Shown piece by piece: positions 7,773-17,665 of a stretch of 64,000 nt of DNA (its first letter is position 1; each line of letters opens with the position of its first letter). The DNA comes from Candidatus Parcubacteria bacterium. Its GTDB lineage: Bacteria; Patescibacteriota; Saccharimonadia; Saccharimonadales; UBA4665. The translations under genes and the position numbers were made by a program. The stretch spans positions 82,953-146,952 of the forward strand of contig JAEYSX010000003.1 of NCBI GenBank assembly GCA_023434325.1, in the 5' to 3' direction. The notes beneath the pieces are model-generated. The model saw only the letters and a program-made list of their open reading frames with translations. It was not told the origin of the DNA and ran no database searches.

Positions 7773-10388
7773 ATGAAACTACCAAAGGTCTACGAACCGT
7801 CGGCATATGAGGCTGACATTTACGCACTGTGGGAGCAGAGCGGCGTGTTCGTGGCCGATCCTGCCAGCAAAAAAGAGCACTACTCGATAGCCATGCCGCC
7901 ACCCAACGAAACGGGTACGCTCAGCCTTGGTCACTCGTTGTTTTTAACACTACAGGATATTCTTGCGCGTCATGCTCGACAGCTCAATAAAGACGTGTTG
8001 TGGCTCCCCGGTACCGACCACGCTGCGCTCCCTGTAAACGCCATTATTGAAAAGCAGTTATCAGATGAGGGAGTTACCCGTCACGAGATCGGCCGCGACG
8101 AGTTTTTGCGCCGCACCCGCGAGTTTGTAGGCAACAGCCGCAATACCATGATTGGTCAGATGCGGGCCATGGGCGCCAGCGCCGACTGGACACGCCTTCG
8201 CTACACCTTGGACGACACCTTAAGCCGCTGTGTCAGCGAAACCTTTGTAAAAATGTACAATGACGGCCTGATTTACCGCGGTAGCCGTATCGTTAACTGG
8301 GACCCGAACCTCGAGACAAACGTCTCGGACGACGAAGTCGTCTACCAAGAAGAGAAGGGGAAGTTTTACACCTTTCAGTACGGACCGTTCGAGATTGGCA
8401 CCGCTCGCCCCGAGACAAAGTTTGGCGACAAATACGTTGTGGTTCACCCCGACGACGAACGCTACGCCCAGTACGAACACGGCCAGACCTTTGAACTAGA
8501 GTGGATTAACGGCCCGATTACCGCCACCCTTATCAAAGACGAGGCCGCCGACCCCAGCTTTGGCACCGGCGCCATGACAATTACCCCGTGGCACAGCATG
8601 GTTGACTTTGATATTGCAGAGCGCCACGGCCTAGACAAAGAGCAGATTATCGACTTTGACGGCAAGCTCCTGCCTGTAGCGCAAGAATTTGCAGGCATGT
8701 ATATCTCCCAGGCCCGCGAAAAAATTGTAGAAAAACTGGCACAAAAGGGTCTGCTCATTAAGGTAGACGACAACTACGTACACAATATTGCCGTAAACGA
8801 GCGCGGCAAGGGCGTTATCGAGCCCCAGATCCGCTTGCAGTGGTTTGTTGACGTCAACAAGCCGGCTGTTGAATGGAAGGGCAAGAAGCAATCACTCAAG
8901 CAAGTGCTGCAAGATGTTGTCCGCAGCGGCGATGTCAAAATCATACCCGAGCGGTTTGAGAAAACATACTTTCACTGGATCGACAACCTGCGCGACTGGT
9001 GCATTAGCCGACAGATCTGGTGGGGGCACCAGATTCCCGTTTGGTATCGCACGGCCGACGACGGTTCGCTAGAAACCTACGTTGACGTACAGCCTCCGGC
9101 CGAATACGCCGGTTGGGAGCGTGACCCCGACACGCTAGACACCTGGTTTAGCTCGGCGCTCTGGACATGGAGCACACTGATCGACACCGACCTGGCCAAG
9201 GACTATTCGCTCTCGCTCAACGACTTGCTAGCCAAAAGTCCTGACTTTAAGGCATATCATCCCACAAATGTTATGGAAACTGGCTGGGACATTTTGTTCT
9301 TCTGGGTTGCCCGCATGATTTTGTCTACCACATATATCACAGGCGAGATACCGTTTAAGGATGTGTACTTGCACGGCATGATCCGCGCCGAGGACGGCAA
9401 AAAAATGAGCAAAAGTCGTCCCGAGTCGATCATCGACCCACTGCAGGTCATCCCCAAATACGGCACCGACGCTTTGCGCATGGCGCTGATCATGGGTGTG
9501 TCACCGGGCAACGACCAAAACTGGGGCTGGGGTAAAATCGAGGCCAACCGCAACTTCTGCAACAAGCTTTGGAACATCGCCCGCTACATCGAAGACAAAG
9601 CAGGAAACACCGGGCCAAAGGCCGACCCAATAACTGACGCCGACCACTGGATGCTGCACCGCCTGGGCGAAACCGCCGACACCATCGCCAAAGATCTCGA
9701 AAAATACGCCTTTAGCGAAGCGTACGACAAGCTGTATCACTTTGTGTGGGACGATTTTGCCGACTGGTACATCGAGACTAGCAAAGCCGAGGAGAACAAA
9801 CCGCTCCTGGCGTACGCGCTCCAGGCAATCCTCAAGATCACCCATCCATTTGCTCCATTTGTGACCGAAACGATCTGGCAGACCTTGCAAGGAGCTGACA
9901 ATGAAGTTCTGGCGGCCGCCCTGTGGCCGGAGGTTCCCAAGGCCGACAGCAAGCGCGCCAAGAGCTTTGAGGAAGTAAAAACCATTGTGGCCGAAGCACG
10001 CGCCATTATGAAGGCCGTCGGCGTATCCAAAAGCACGCTTGTCTATGCGGACGCTCCGGTTGTCGAAGCCAACGCCGATCTCATCCAGCGATTGGCACGC
10101 CTCGGCGATGTGTCCTACGGCTCACAGGAGGGCGTACGGCTGACGCAGACCCACTACGACCTACGAATAGACATCGACACCGAAACCGCCCAGAAGTATG
10201 CCGAAAAGCTGGCAGAGCAGGAACTGGCAGAGCTGGCATCGATCAACAACCTGGAGGCACGGCTGCAAAACAAATCGTACGTAGACAACGCGCCCGCCGC
10301 CGTGGTGGAGCAAACACGCGCCCAGCTGGCAGAGGCAAAGACTCGCCTCGAGGCCATTCAGGGTGAACGCGAGCGCTTTAGCAGCTAG
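7773..10388 (+). CDS. valS: Valine--tRNA ligase
   Basis: PPPNETGTLSLGH (HIGH variant), PGTDHA, RPET editing domain, DWCISRQIWWGH, DTWFSS, KMSKS, C-terminal coiled-coil arm. Confidence 0.97.
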   Translation: MKLPKVYEPSAYEADIYALWEQSGVFVADPASKKEHYSIAMPPPNETGTLSLGHSLFLTLQDILARHARQLNKDVLWLPGTDHAALPVNAIIEKQLSDEGVTRHEIGRDEFLRRTREFVGNSRNTMIGQMRAMGASADWTRLRYTLDDTLSRCVSETFVKMYNDGLIYRGSRIVNWDPNLETNVSDDEVVYQEEKGKFYTFQYGPFEIGTARPETKFGDKYVVVHPDDERYAQYEHGQTFELEWINGPITATLIKDEAADPSFGTGAMTITPWHSMVDFDIAERHGLDKEQIIDFDGKLLPVAQEFAGMYISQAREKIVEKLAQKGLLIKVDDNYVHNIAVNERGKGVIEPQIRLQWFVDVNKPAVEWKGKKQSLKQVLQDVVRSGDVKIIPERFEKTYFHWIDNLRDWCISRQIWWGHQIPVWYRTADDGSLETYVDVQPPAEYAGWERDPDTLDTWFSSALWTWSTLIDTDLAKDYSLSLNDLLAKSPDFKAYHPTNVMETGWDILFFWVARMILSTTYITGEIPFKDVYLHGMIRAEDGKKMSKSRPESIIDPLQVIPKYGTDALRMALIMGVSPGNDQNWGWGKIEANRNFCNKLWNIARYIEDKAGNTGPKADPITDADHWMLHRLGETADTIAKDLEKYAFSEAYDKLYHFVWDDFADWYIETSKAEENKPLLAYALQAILKITHPFAPFVTETIWQTLQGADNEVLAAALWPEVPKADSKRAKSFEEVKTIVAEARAIMKAVGVSKSTLVYADAPVVEANADLIQRLARLGDVSYGSQEGVRLTQTHYDLRIDIDTETAQKYAEKLAEQELAELASINNLEARLQNKSYVDNAPAAVVEQTRAQLAEAKTRLEAIQGERERFSS

Positions 10389-10416
10389 GTAGTCACTCTA
10401 ACCGGGTAACACACCC

Positions 10417-10455
10417 AAACACCCCCTCAGATAAACATCACTGGGGGTGTTTTTA
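10417..10455. terminator. Bidirectional intrinsic terminator between valS and the ZIP gene
   Basis: AAACACCCCC...GGGGGTGTTT inverted repeat followed by a T-tract. Confidence 0.75.
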
Positions 10456-10460
10456 TATGC

Positions 10461-11216
10461 CTAATGTACGTGCACGTCGGCCAGCAGCTGGGTCGCAAGG
10501 AATATAAACGCTACGCCGGCCACGGTAAGCAGTATGGTTACGCGATCCGATTTTTCGTCGTGCGCTTGGGGTAAAATGTCGCTCGCACCGATGTAGAGCA
10601 AAAAGCCGGCGAAGAATCCTAAGTAAATCGGCAAAAAGGTATCAGGCAAAGTAAAGAGCAGGGTAGACAGCGCACCAAGAACAGGCAAGAGCGCGTTTAC
10701 AAATACGAGGGTGGCCGTCCGCCGCACACTGTTCTTGTGGGCAAGCATCAAGCTGGCGGCGTTGAGCCCGTCGGCAAATTTATGCGCGATCAGCGCACCC
10801 GAAACAGCGATGCCGACGGCAGTGTTAACCTGAAACGCCAAACCGATGCCTATACCGTCCAAAAATCCATGGCCGCCAAGCGCCAGCGAAGACAGCACAC
10901 CCACCTTGGGGTGACGGTGTTGACCGTACTTGGTCTCGTTTTCGTGATGCATCAGCACCAGCTTCTCTATGATGTGGAAGCTCAAAAACCCGACAACGAG
11001 CGCGATCATCGCCCACATGGGATCAATCTCGAGATGATGCACCTGATCGAACATCTCGGGCAGGACATCAAACGCCACGACACCCAAGATCACACCGGCC
11101 GTAAAGCCGAGTATACGGTTGAGCCGACGGCGGTGACGAATCGCAAACCAGCCGCCCACAAGGGTCGAGATAAACATAAATGCGGTAAAGAGTATGGCTA
11201 ACATATCATGTAGCAT
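10461..11216 (-). CDS. ZIP family zinc/divalent metal transporter
   Basis: Multiple TM helices, HGFLDGIGIG and HKFADG motifs, His-rich loop. Confidence 0.9.
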   Translation of the reverse strand: MLHDMLAILFTAFMFISTLVGGWFAIRHRRRLNRILGFTAGVILGVVAFDVLPEMFDQVHHLEIDPMWAMIALVVGFLSFHIIEKLVLMHHENETKYGQHRHPKVGVLSSLALGGHGFLDGIGIGLAFQVNTAVGIAVSGALIAHKFADGLNAASLMLAHKNSVRRTATLVFVNALLPVLGALSTLLFTLPDTFLPIYLGFFAGFLLYIGASDILPQAHDEKSDRVTILLTVAGVAFIFLATQLLADVHVH

Positions 11217-11272
11217 ACGTGGCGATCACAATATCTGCAAATCTGTCGCAATTTGTAGTAAAATTGCGTTAT

Positions 11273-11710
11273 ATGAGCACCAGCATAGAGCAACTGACAA
11301 CTCTCTTAAAAGACGCGGGCTATAGCGTCACGCAGCCGAGGCTGGCGATCTTTCGCGCTTTGGCCGGACAAGAGCCGATGAGCATGCACCAGCTCATACA
11401 AAAAGTGCCCGGCTACGACCGCGCCAGTGTCTACCGGGCCGTGGAGCTGTTTGAGCGCCTAGGTGTAGTGCAACGACTTAACATTGGGTGGAAGTACAAA
11501 CTAGAGCTAAGCGACAAATTTGCCGAGCACCACCACCACTTGTCATGCACTCAGTGTGGCCGTACGGTTAGCCTGAACGAGTCCGAGCTGGAGCGTTTGA
11601 TCGCCGATGTAGCAGCGGCGCATGACTTTATGCCCGTTGCACACCAGATAGAAATCCAAGGATTATGTGCTCCGTGCCAAGCTAGTCGGCGGGCTCGAGA
11701 GAGCTCTTGA
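11273..11710 (+). CDS. Fur family regulator, likely Zur
   Basis: TQPRLAI, ASVYR, HHHHLSCTQCG and GLCAPC; divergent from the ZIP transporter. Confidence 0.9.
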   Translation: MSTSIEQLTTLLKDAGYSVTQPRLAIFRALAGQEPMSMHQLIQKVPGYDRASVYRAVELFERLGVVQRLNIGWKYKLELSDKFAEHHHHLSCTQCGRTVSLNESELERLIADVAAAHDFMPVAHQIEIQGLCAPCQASRRARESS

Positions 11711-12542
11711 TACGGTCGATCGACTCATCTGGTCGGTAATCGTCAAACCACAGTACGTGCCAGTCCAACTTGCTGGCGGCCATAAGGTTGGGGCGCGAAT
11801 CGTCGATAAAAAGGATCTCGGCAGGGGAGCAGCGGGCTTTTTCGGCGGCTATTTCGTAAATCTGGAGCTCGGGCTTAATGGCATGTACCTGCGAAGAATC
11901 AACAATGACATCGTACGCAATATCGGGCAGTAGACCCTTTTCGATCATTACCGGAATGAATCCGGGCATGATATTGGTCAGCAGTCCGACGCGGTAATAC
12001 TGCGCCGCCCAGCGCACGACTTCGTGCATGGCTTGGATCGGCTCGACGGCGTCCATGTAGTAGCTCCGCCAGTCGATCGGCTCGGTGGCGCCCAGCTCTT
12101 TGGTTAACTTTTCGTTAAATTCTTCGAGCGTCATCTCGCCCTTACAAACCTCGTCGTTATAGTGCCAAAATGTTGTCTCTACGATGTCGGCACTTGCGCC
12201 CGTTTCGGCGCTAAGACGGGTGAACGCCTGATGAAAAAATCGCACCAGACAGCCATTAATATCAAAGTACACAAAAGTGACGCCGCTCTTGGAGCGCCGC
12301 TTGGTTGCACGCCGCGGCCGCACCGGACCGACGCCCATCAGCTCGTCCAGACCAACGCCTAACGCCTCTGCGATGTTCTGGATAGTAAAGATAGAGGGGG
12401 CTTTGATCGCGCCGCGCTCGATCTTGGTCAGTGTAGAGTAACTCAGCTCCGCGCGGTGACACAGCGCCTGCTGCGTCAATCCGGCGTTCTGGCGCGCCAA
12501 CTGCAAACGCTTGCCCAGCCCCTTCTCGTCTATCGAACTCAC
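11682..12542 (-). CDS. XRE helix-turn-helix / HAD phosphatase fusion
   Basis: N-terminal ARQNAGLTQQAL...LTKIERG; C-terminal YFDINGCL, LLTN, KP, FIDD. GTG start after AAGAAGG. Confidence 0.85.
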   Translation of the reverse strand: MSSIDEKGLGKRLQLARQNAGLTQQALCHRAELSYSTLTKIERGAIKAPSIFTIQNIAEALGVGLDELMGVGPVRPRRATKRRSKSGVTFVYFDINGCLVRFFHQAFTRLSAETGASADIVETTFWHYNDEVCKGEMTLEEFNEKLTKELGATEPIDWRSYYMDAVEPIQAMHEVVRWAAQYYRVGLLTNIMPGFIPVMIEKGLLPDIAYDVIVDSSQVHAIKPELQIYEIAAEKARCSPAEILFIDDSRPNLMAASKLDWHVLWFDDYRPDESIDRIKSSLEPAD

Positions 12543-12813
12543 AAGCAAACCTTCTTGGATAAAGGCGTGTGTTGATCGCATTTTGCCGCGCAACTGAACA
12601 AGCCGGCGGCTACCCTCTCACGTACGTTCATAGCCATATGATACCACAAGCAAGATAAAAAACTAGCCACAAACGGCCAGACGAGTCATATCTGAGAACG
12701 ATTTACGCGCACCGCGCGCGCCTTTTTGATATACTGCTCCACATGATCGTCTCAGTGCCGTTATCTGTTGCGCCAAACATGTACGCACCTAAAAAAGACG
12801 AAGCGGGTGGGGA

Positions 12814-14418
12814 ATGGAGTCTGGAACTACTATGACCACATCGGAGCCTAGCGGGCCTGCGCCCCTGCTGCACGTTCTGCACGACCAACTGACGGCCGCG
12901 CGCACCTACAATATGGAATTTGCCGCCCGTAATCAGGCCGGCCGGATGATTGAGGTGCCCGGCATAGGACAGCATATCTCGAACGCCTACGAGCAATTGC
13001 GGCGCGCCGCCGAATCTGCCGAGGAGCAACTATTGCTCCTGCGGGCGATCCGGCGTTTTTACAACCGTTCGATTGCGTTCTCGTCGAGCAAGGAGCCGAC
13101 CGGCATTGGCAGCGAACTTGTGCTCGACCTGACTCACGCAGGATATCTGGCCAACAAATCGGTGAGCGCCGACACGGCACGGGCGATTACCCGCTTAGTC
13201 CAGCAACACATCGAGCTGTACCGCAACTTGGGCAAAGCGCGCATTCCCATGGATGAACGTCTTAACTGGGTGCTTGACATCATGTCGGCCGAAACCGAAA
13301 CGCTTTTGGATCCGCGCTTCGAGCGATCAGCGTTTGCCTATGCCGCACACCAGCACTTTTTGGCGATATTCCCGCGCGAAAAGTTGGTTTTGTCGCCCGA
13401 GGAAGACGCGCAATACGAGTTTTGCCTGTACATAGCCGTCCACCAGTCGCTCCTTAAATCGGATCTTTCTACGGTGCGGCATGATCTGATGCGCGTGTAT
13501 CGACAATCACCAGCGCATCTTAATGAGTTTATCGGCTTTAACCGCGGACTGGACGAGGCTTTTGCAAGCCGCCTGACACAAAAACTCAGGCAAGCGGTAA
13601 ACCGCTATGGCGCACCACTGCGAGTCGTGCGGGCCCTCACCGAAAGCAGGGCGGACGTACCGGAACTTTTACTGGACCGCCAGGCGTTTTTGGAGGCCTA
13701 TAGTCGTCAGGTCTCGCAAGAATATCGGAGTCTGACCGCACGCCTTAACCGAGGCATCAATCGGAGCATTCTCTTTGTGTTTATTACCAAGATATCGGTC
13801 GGTCTGGCAATAGAAATCCCGTATGACATCCTCGTACTTGGGAGTATCGCGGTGCTGCCGCTGGCGATAAACCTCCTGCTCCCGCCTCTGTATATGGCCA
13901 GCTTTAAGTTTAGTCTCCGCACGCCAACCCGCGCGAACGCGGCCGCGCTCCGTACATATATCGACCAGGCGCTCTACAGCAACCAAAAGCCGACCGAGCA
14001 GGCTATCCGCATTGGCAGCAGACCGGTCACTTCCGGCGCGAAGGTGATATACACGCTTATGCTCCTGCTACCGCTGAGTCTTATGGTCTACACGCTGTCG
14101 CTGCTGCACTTTACGTTTGTACAGGGCGTGATATTCTTTGTGTTTCTGTCGACCGCGAGCTTCTTGGGATTCCGACTGTCGCGTCTATCGCGTGAGCTAG
14201 AGCTTGTGTCGCGACCAACGAGACTTTCTGGCGCGGTGCGCGACTTCTTTTATCTGCCTTTTATTGTAATCGGACAATGGATCTCCGGGCGATACGCACG
14301 GCTTAACATCATCGGCTACTTGCTGGATATCATGGTAGAGCTACCCCTTAAAACAGCCCTGCGACTGGTGCGGCAATGGGTGCGCTTCCTTAACGAAAAA
14401 CACGAAGAAATCTACTAG
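12814..14418 (+). CDS. Hypothetical polytopic membrane protein
   Basis: 534-aa ORF with a soluble N-terminus and several C-terminal TM helices. Confidence 0.8.
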   Translation: MESGTTMTTSEPSGPAPLLHVLHDQLTAARTYNMEFAARNQAGRMIEVPGIGQHISNAYEQLRRAAESAEEQLLLLRAIRRFYNRSIAFSSSKEPTGIGSELVLDLTHAGYLANKSVSADTARAITRLVQQHIELYRNLGKARIPMDERLNWVLDIMSAETETLLDPRFERSAFAYAAHQHFLAIFPREKLVLSPEEDAQYEFCLYIAVHQSLLKSDLSTVRHDLMRVYRQSPAHLNEFIGFNRGLDEAFASRLTQKLRQAVNRYGAPLRVVRALTESRADVPELLLDRQAFLEAYSRQVSQEYRSLTARLNRGINRSILFVFITKISVGLAIEIPYDILVLGSIAVLPLAINLLLPPLYMASFKFSLRTPTRANAAALRTYIDQALYSNQKPTEQAIRIGSRPVTSGAKVIYTLMLLLPLSLMVYTLSLLHFTFVQGVIFFVFLSTASFLGFRLSRLSRELELVSRPTRLSGAVRDFFYLPFIVIGQWISGRYARLNIIGYLLDIMVELPLKTALRLVRQWVRFLNEKHEEIY

Positions 14419-14471
14419 TCGCGCATTGAACGAACGGTTGAATTCCGTGCCCCATGTGCCACAATACGAGT

Positions 14472-15584
14472 ATGACTATACTTAGAAAAAGCGCGCTCGG
14501 ACTTGTTGTGACACTGTTTTTTACTTCTGCATTCCTGTTTGGCTTAGGGTGGGGACTGCTTCAGGTAATCGGTCAGCCACAGCCAGTTAAGGACGCTCTG
14601 GCGCAGAGCGGAATCTACCAATCAATCATCGACGAAGAGTTAAAGAATGCGAAGGCAGAGCAGGGCAGCGGCGAACTGCCGCTGGACAGACCGGAGGTTC
14701 AGAGCATTATTAAAACCGCCGCGCCGCCGGAACTACTGCAAACCAAAGCCGAGAATGCGGTCGACTCGATATACGCGTGGATACATGGCGACGCGCCAGA
14801 TCTGAAGTTTGAGCTGGAGGTTAGCGATATCCGTACCAATCTTGCGGACGGTATCGAGCAATATGTCGCCGCGCGCGCCGCATCGCTGCCGATCTGCCCG
14901 CCAGGCACCGGCGCAGAGATCGCAACCGATCCATATAATGCAGCATGTCGACCGGAAATCGTAACTGCTGCCCAAGTTGGCGCTCAGGCAAAGGAAGAGT
15001 TTTTGACGAGCGGCGCCCTTCGCGACAGCACGATCAACGCCAACACCATCCAAACAGAAAGCGGCAAAACTTTGGCACAAGAGATCGAAGGCGCTCCGAG
15101 CATCTATGAGCGAATCACGCAGACTGTGCTTGGGTCCGGAGCACTGGCACTACTGTTAGGTGCCGGGGTCGTCCTTCTGAGCGCCACTTGGCGAGCAGGT
15201 GTAAAACGAGTTGCCATTATTGCCATCGTGCTGGGGTCGCTGACAATTATTGCCAGCCTAATAGCGGGAGCAGGGGTGCAGTACATCCTCGGACTCGTCG
15301 AGGAGCCGACAGGAAAGAGCGGCATCACTTTTGTCGAGACCCTTACCGGCGACCTCCGCGCTTGGTGGTTGTGGTACGGAGCAATCCTTATCGGCGTCGG
15401 CGTCGCTGCGCTTATCGCATTGCGTTTTATTAAGCCCGGGCCCGAGGATTCGGCCAAGCCGGATACACGGCCACAAACCAATGCCGAAGAACAAGATGCG
15501 ACGCTTACGCAAGCCCGCACCTCAGAGCGCGACACCAAAGAAGATTCCGACCACCATAAGCCGCCACAAAGATTGGTTCAATAG
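14472..15584 (+). CDS. Hypothetical membrane protein with an extracytoplasmic domain
   Basis: N-terminal TM helix, Cys pair (LPIC...AACRP), three C-terminal TM helices. Confidence 0.8.
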   Translation: MTILRKSALGLVVTLFFTSAFLFGLGWGLLQVIGQPQPVKDALAQSGIYQSIIDEELKNAKAEQGSGELPLDRPEVQSIIKTAAPPELLQTKAENAVDSIYAWIHGDAPDLKFELEVSDIRTNLADGIEQYVAARAASLPICPPGTGAEIATDPYNAACRPEIVTAAQVGAQAKEEFLTSGALRDSTINANTIQTESGKTLAQEIEGAPSIYERITQTVLGSGALALLLGAGVVLLSATWRAGVKRVAIIAIVLGSLTIIASLIAGAGVQYILGLVEEPTGKSGITFVETLTGDLRAWWLWYGAILIGVGVAALIALRFIKPGPEDSAKPDTRPQTNAEEQDATLTQARTSERDTKEDSDHHKPPQRLVQ

Positions 15585-15591
15585 CGTTATC

Positions 15592-15630
15592 CAACAAAAA
15601 AGACCCGCGTAAAACGAGTCTTTTTTGTTG
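15592..15630. terminator. Bidirectional intrinsic terminator
   Basis: CAACAAAAAAGAC...GTCTTTTTTGTTG inverted repeat. Confidence 0.75.
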
Positions 15631-15719
15631 GCGGAGAGGGAGGGATTCGAACCCTCGATAGAGTTGCCCCTATACTGCATTTCGAGTGCAGCGCACTAGA
15701 CCAACTATGCGACCTCTCC
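15629..15719 (-). tRNA. tRNA-Ser(CGA)
   Basis: GGAGAGG...CTGCA-CT-CGA-AA-TGCAG, long variable arm, GGTTCGAATCC, encoded CCA. Confidence 0.96.
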
Positions 15720-15805
15720 TAATGTCTTCCATTCTATCATAAAGGCTGGCATTTTACCTCTGTCTGTGCTAAAATTACCCCTGTTGCCTGTAGTAGCAGG
15801 TTAGC

Positions 15806-15882
<77 letters not shown>

Positions 15883-15898
15883 GAATTATAGAAAATTT

Positions 15899-15937
15899 CA
15901 GATAGACGTACCGAATAGTACATCTATCTGTTTTTTT
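15899..15937 (+). terminator. Intrinsic terminator after tRNA-Arg
   Basis: CAGATAGACGTAC/GTACATCTATCTG stem followed by T7. Confidence 0.85.
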
Positions 15938-16163
15938 AGGCGTGATTATATCTATAGATCGCGGGAGCCGACTGTTCGCAGCCTGGGCTGCTCATCATTT
16001 GACCCGTCGTCCAAAGATATCGGGCGTTACGCTTGTCGCCGATTGCTATTTGGTAGATTTGCCTAGCTGCAGCCGGGAGACTGGTCACTCATGTGTTTTG
16101 ACTTGTGTCTTGGCTATGCCCGCACTGAATCATGGTGTAGACGTCGAATCGGGTCTATTTTAG

Positions 16164-16688
16164 CTATTTTTGGAGGCTATCTATATGTTGCCGGGCTTTT
16201 TTGCGCACCGTGTTCGACTTGTGGTCGGTCTGTACCGTGAACAGAAGTAAGAGCGCAACTTTGTCGATCGAACCGTTTTTGTAAAAATACATCAGCGTCT
16301 TCATGACGTTTGCTGACACAATCCAGTCCACATCTACGGTTGATATCGTATCCTTAAGCCACTGGAGCGCCGCGCGCTTTTGTGTCGGATCCAACTCAAT
16401 CTCTGCAAAAAGCTGAGCAAGATGCCACTGGATTGAGGGCTGTGTCGACTTGGTAAGCGAGCCGACTAGCCGCTCGGTGTACGGCGCAGCCAGGGAAGGG
16501 TTGTCGCGCACCAGCTTTTCGAATGTGTCGATCGCGCGCATTCGAACCCAAGCATCATCGGCATACACACAATCAAACAGTTCCTCTATTTTACTTGTGT
16601 CTGACGTAACGGCGTCGTACACCTCTCTAGATCGGCCGAGCGAATTAGCGTGGCCACCAGCGGACAATATGACTTCGAACAATTCCAT
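16164..16688 (-). CDS. HEAT/ARM-repeat-like hypothetical protein
   Basis: 174 aa; DDAWVRMRAIDTFEK, WHLAQL, WIV and VRKKA helical-repeat pattern. Confidence 0.7.
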   Translation of the reverse strand: MELFEVILSAGGHANSLGRSREVYDAVTSDTSKIEELFDCVYADDAWVRMRAIDTFEKLVRDNPSLAAPYTERLVGSLTKSTQPSIQWHLAQLFAEIELDPTQKRAALQWLKDTISTVDVDWIVSANVMKTLMYFYKNGSIDKVALLLLFTVQTDHKSNTVRKKARQHIDSLQK

Positions 16689-16705
16689 ACAACTAGTATA
16701 TCGTA

Positions 16706-17296
16706 CTAAAACCGCAAATGACGCATGAGGCGATCAAAAGTAGTCGTTTCGTGGCGCTCTAACGGAAGGTAGCGTGAGACTATCTCTAGTACCTCATCCT
16801 GAGTATCGGGCGACAGATACGCCCCCACGGGGAAAGAGACGTGTTTTAGCGGCACCAACAAAATCGATGTAAGGGCGCCCTCATCGGGCACAGAAAAGGA
16901 CTTGTAGGCCGAGAATGGATAGAGCTTGCCATTGACAGTTATACCAGTCGCGTCAACTCGGTACGCTATCACTCTTGGCTTATGACTGCCCGAGATAGCC
17001 AGGATCGCAATCATTATCGCTGCCACGGCTGCTGCAAATTTGTCTTTGGTCAGCATATATATACAAGCCGTAATAAAAACCGCAGCGAGCGCAAGCATAG
17101 CGTACCACCCAAAGCCTTTTTCGTGGGCGATAAACTCGGAGGCTGTCCACTCTACACTATCGGGCAAAGATGCGTCAAGTTCGGCCGGCGTATCAGCCGA
17201 GAGATCTGCACCAGCAGCCGATCCAGCCATAGGCTTGTATTGCCAGCCCGCTTCTTCTTGCGAGACTTTTCCTTGGCGCACGTTCTCACTACTCAT
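16706..17296 (-). CDS. Two-TM membrane protein with a PH-like C-terminal domain (common CPR type)
   Basis: VEWTASEF..HEK..GWY, two TM helices, YRVDATGITVNGKLYPF. Confidence 0.75.
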   Translation of the reverse strand: MSSENVRQGKVSQEEAGWQYKPMAGSAAGADLSADTPAELDASLPDSVEWTASEFIAHEKGFGWYAMLALAAVFITACIYMLTKDKFAAAVAAIMIAILAISGSHKPRVIAYRVDATGITVNGKLYPFSAYKSFSVPDEGALTSILLVPLKHVSFPVGAYLSPDTQDEVLEIVSRYLPLERHETTTFDRLMRHLRF

Positions 17297-17392
17297 ATGT
17301 GATCATTGTACAACGGATGTTTTGGAAGCAGAAGCAGAAAGGAAGGTGTACTCTTTACAAGAAAAAAGCTCGCTGCACGCGAGCCGTTTTCT

Positions 17393-17485
17393 TGGCGGAG
17401 AGAGAGGGATTCGAACCCTCGCGGGGACTTGCGCCCCCCTATCGATTTAGCAAACCGACCCCTTCAGCCTCTTGGGTACCTCTCC
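17393..17485 (-). tRNA. tRNA-Ser(GCT)
   Basis: TCGGT-TT-GCT-AA-ATCGA anticodon arm, long variable arm, CCA. Confidence 0.96.
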
Positions 17486-17542
17486 AATCTGTCGTATTGT
17501 ACTACATTCTATCTCTGTTGACGATAGAAATCGCGTAGCATC

Positions 17543-17632
17543 TGGCGGAAGGGGTGGGATTCGAACCCACGGTACCGTTGCCGGCACGACGGTTTTCAAG
17601 ACCGTTTCCTTCGACCACTCGGACACCCTTCC
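17543..17632 (-). tRNA. tRNA-Ser(TGA)
   Basis: ACGGT-CT-TGA-AA-ACCGT anticodon arm, long variable arm, CCA. Confidence 0.96.
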
Positions 17633-17665
17633 GTAACAGAGGTGATTATAGCAGAGAGTGTGACA

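Noticed and set aside
17543..17632. Selenocysteine or suppressor tRNA
   Set aside because: Anticodon TGA reads UCA (Ser); Sec would need anticodon TCA.
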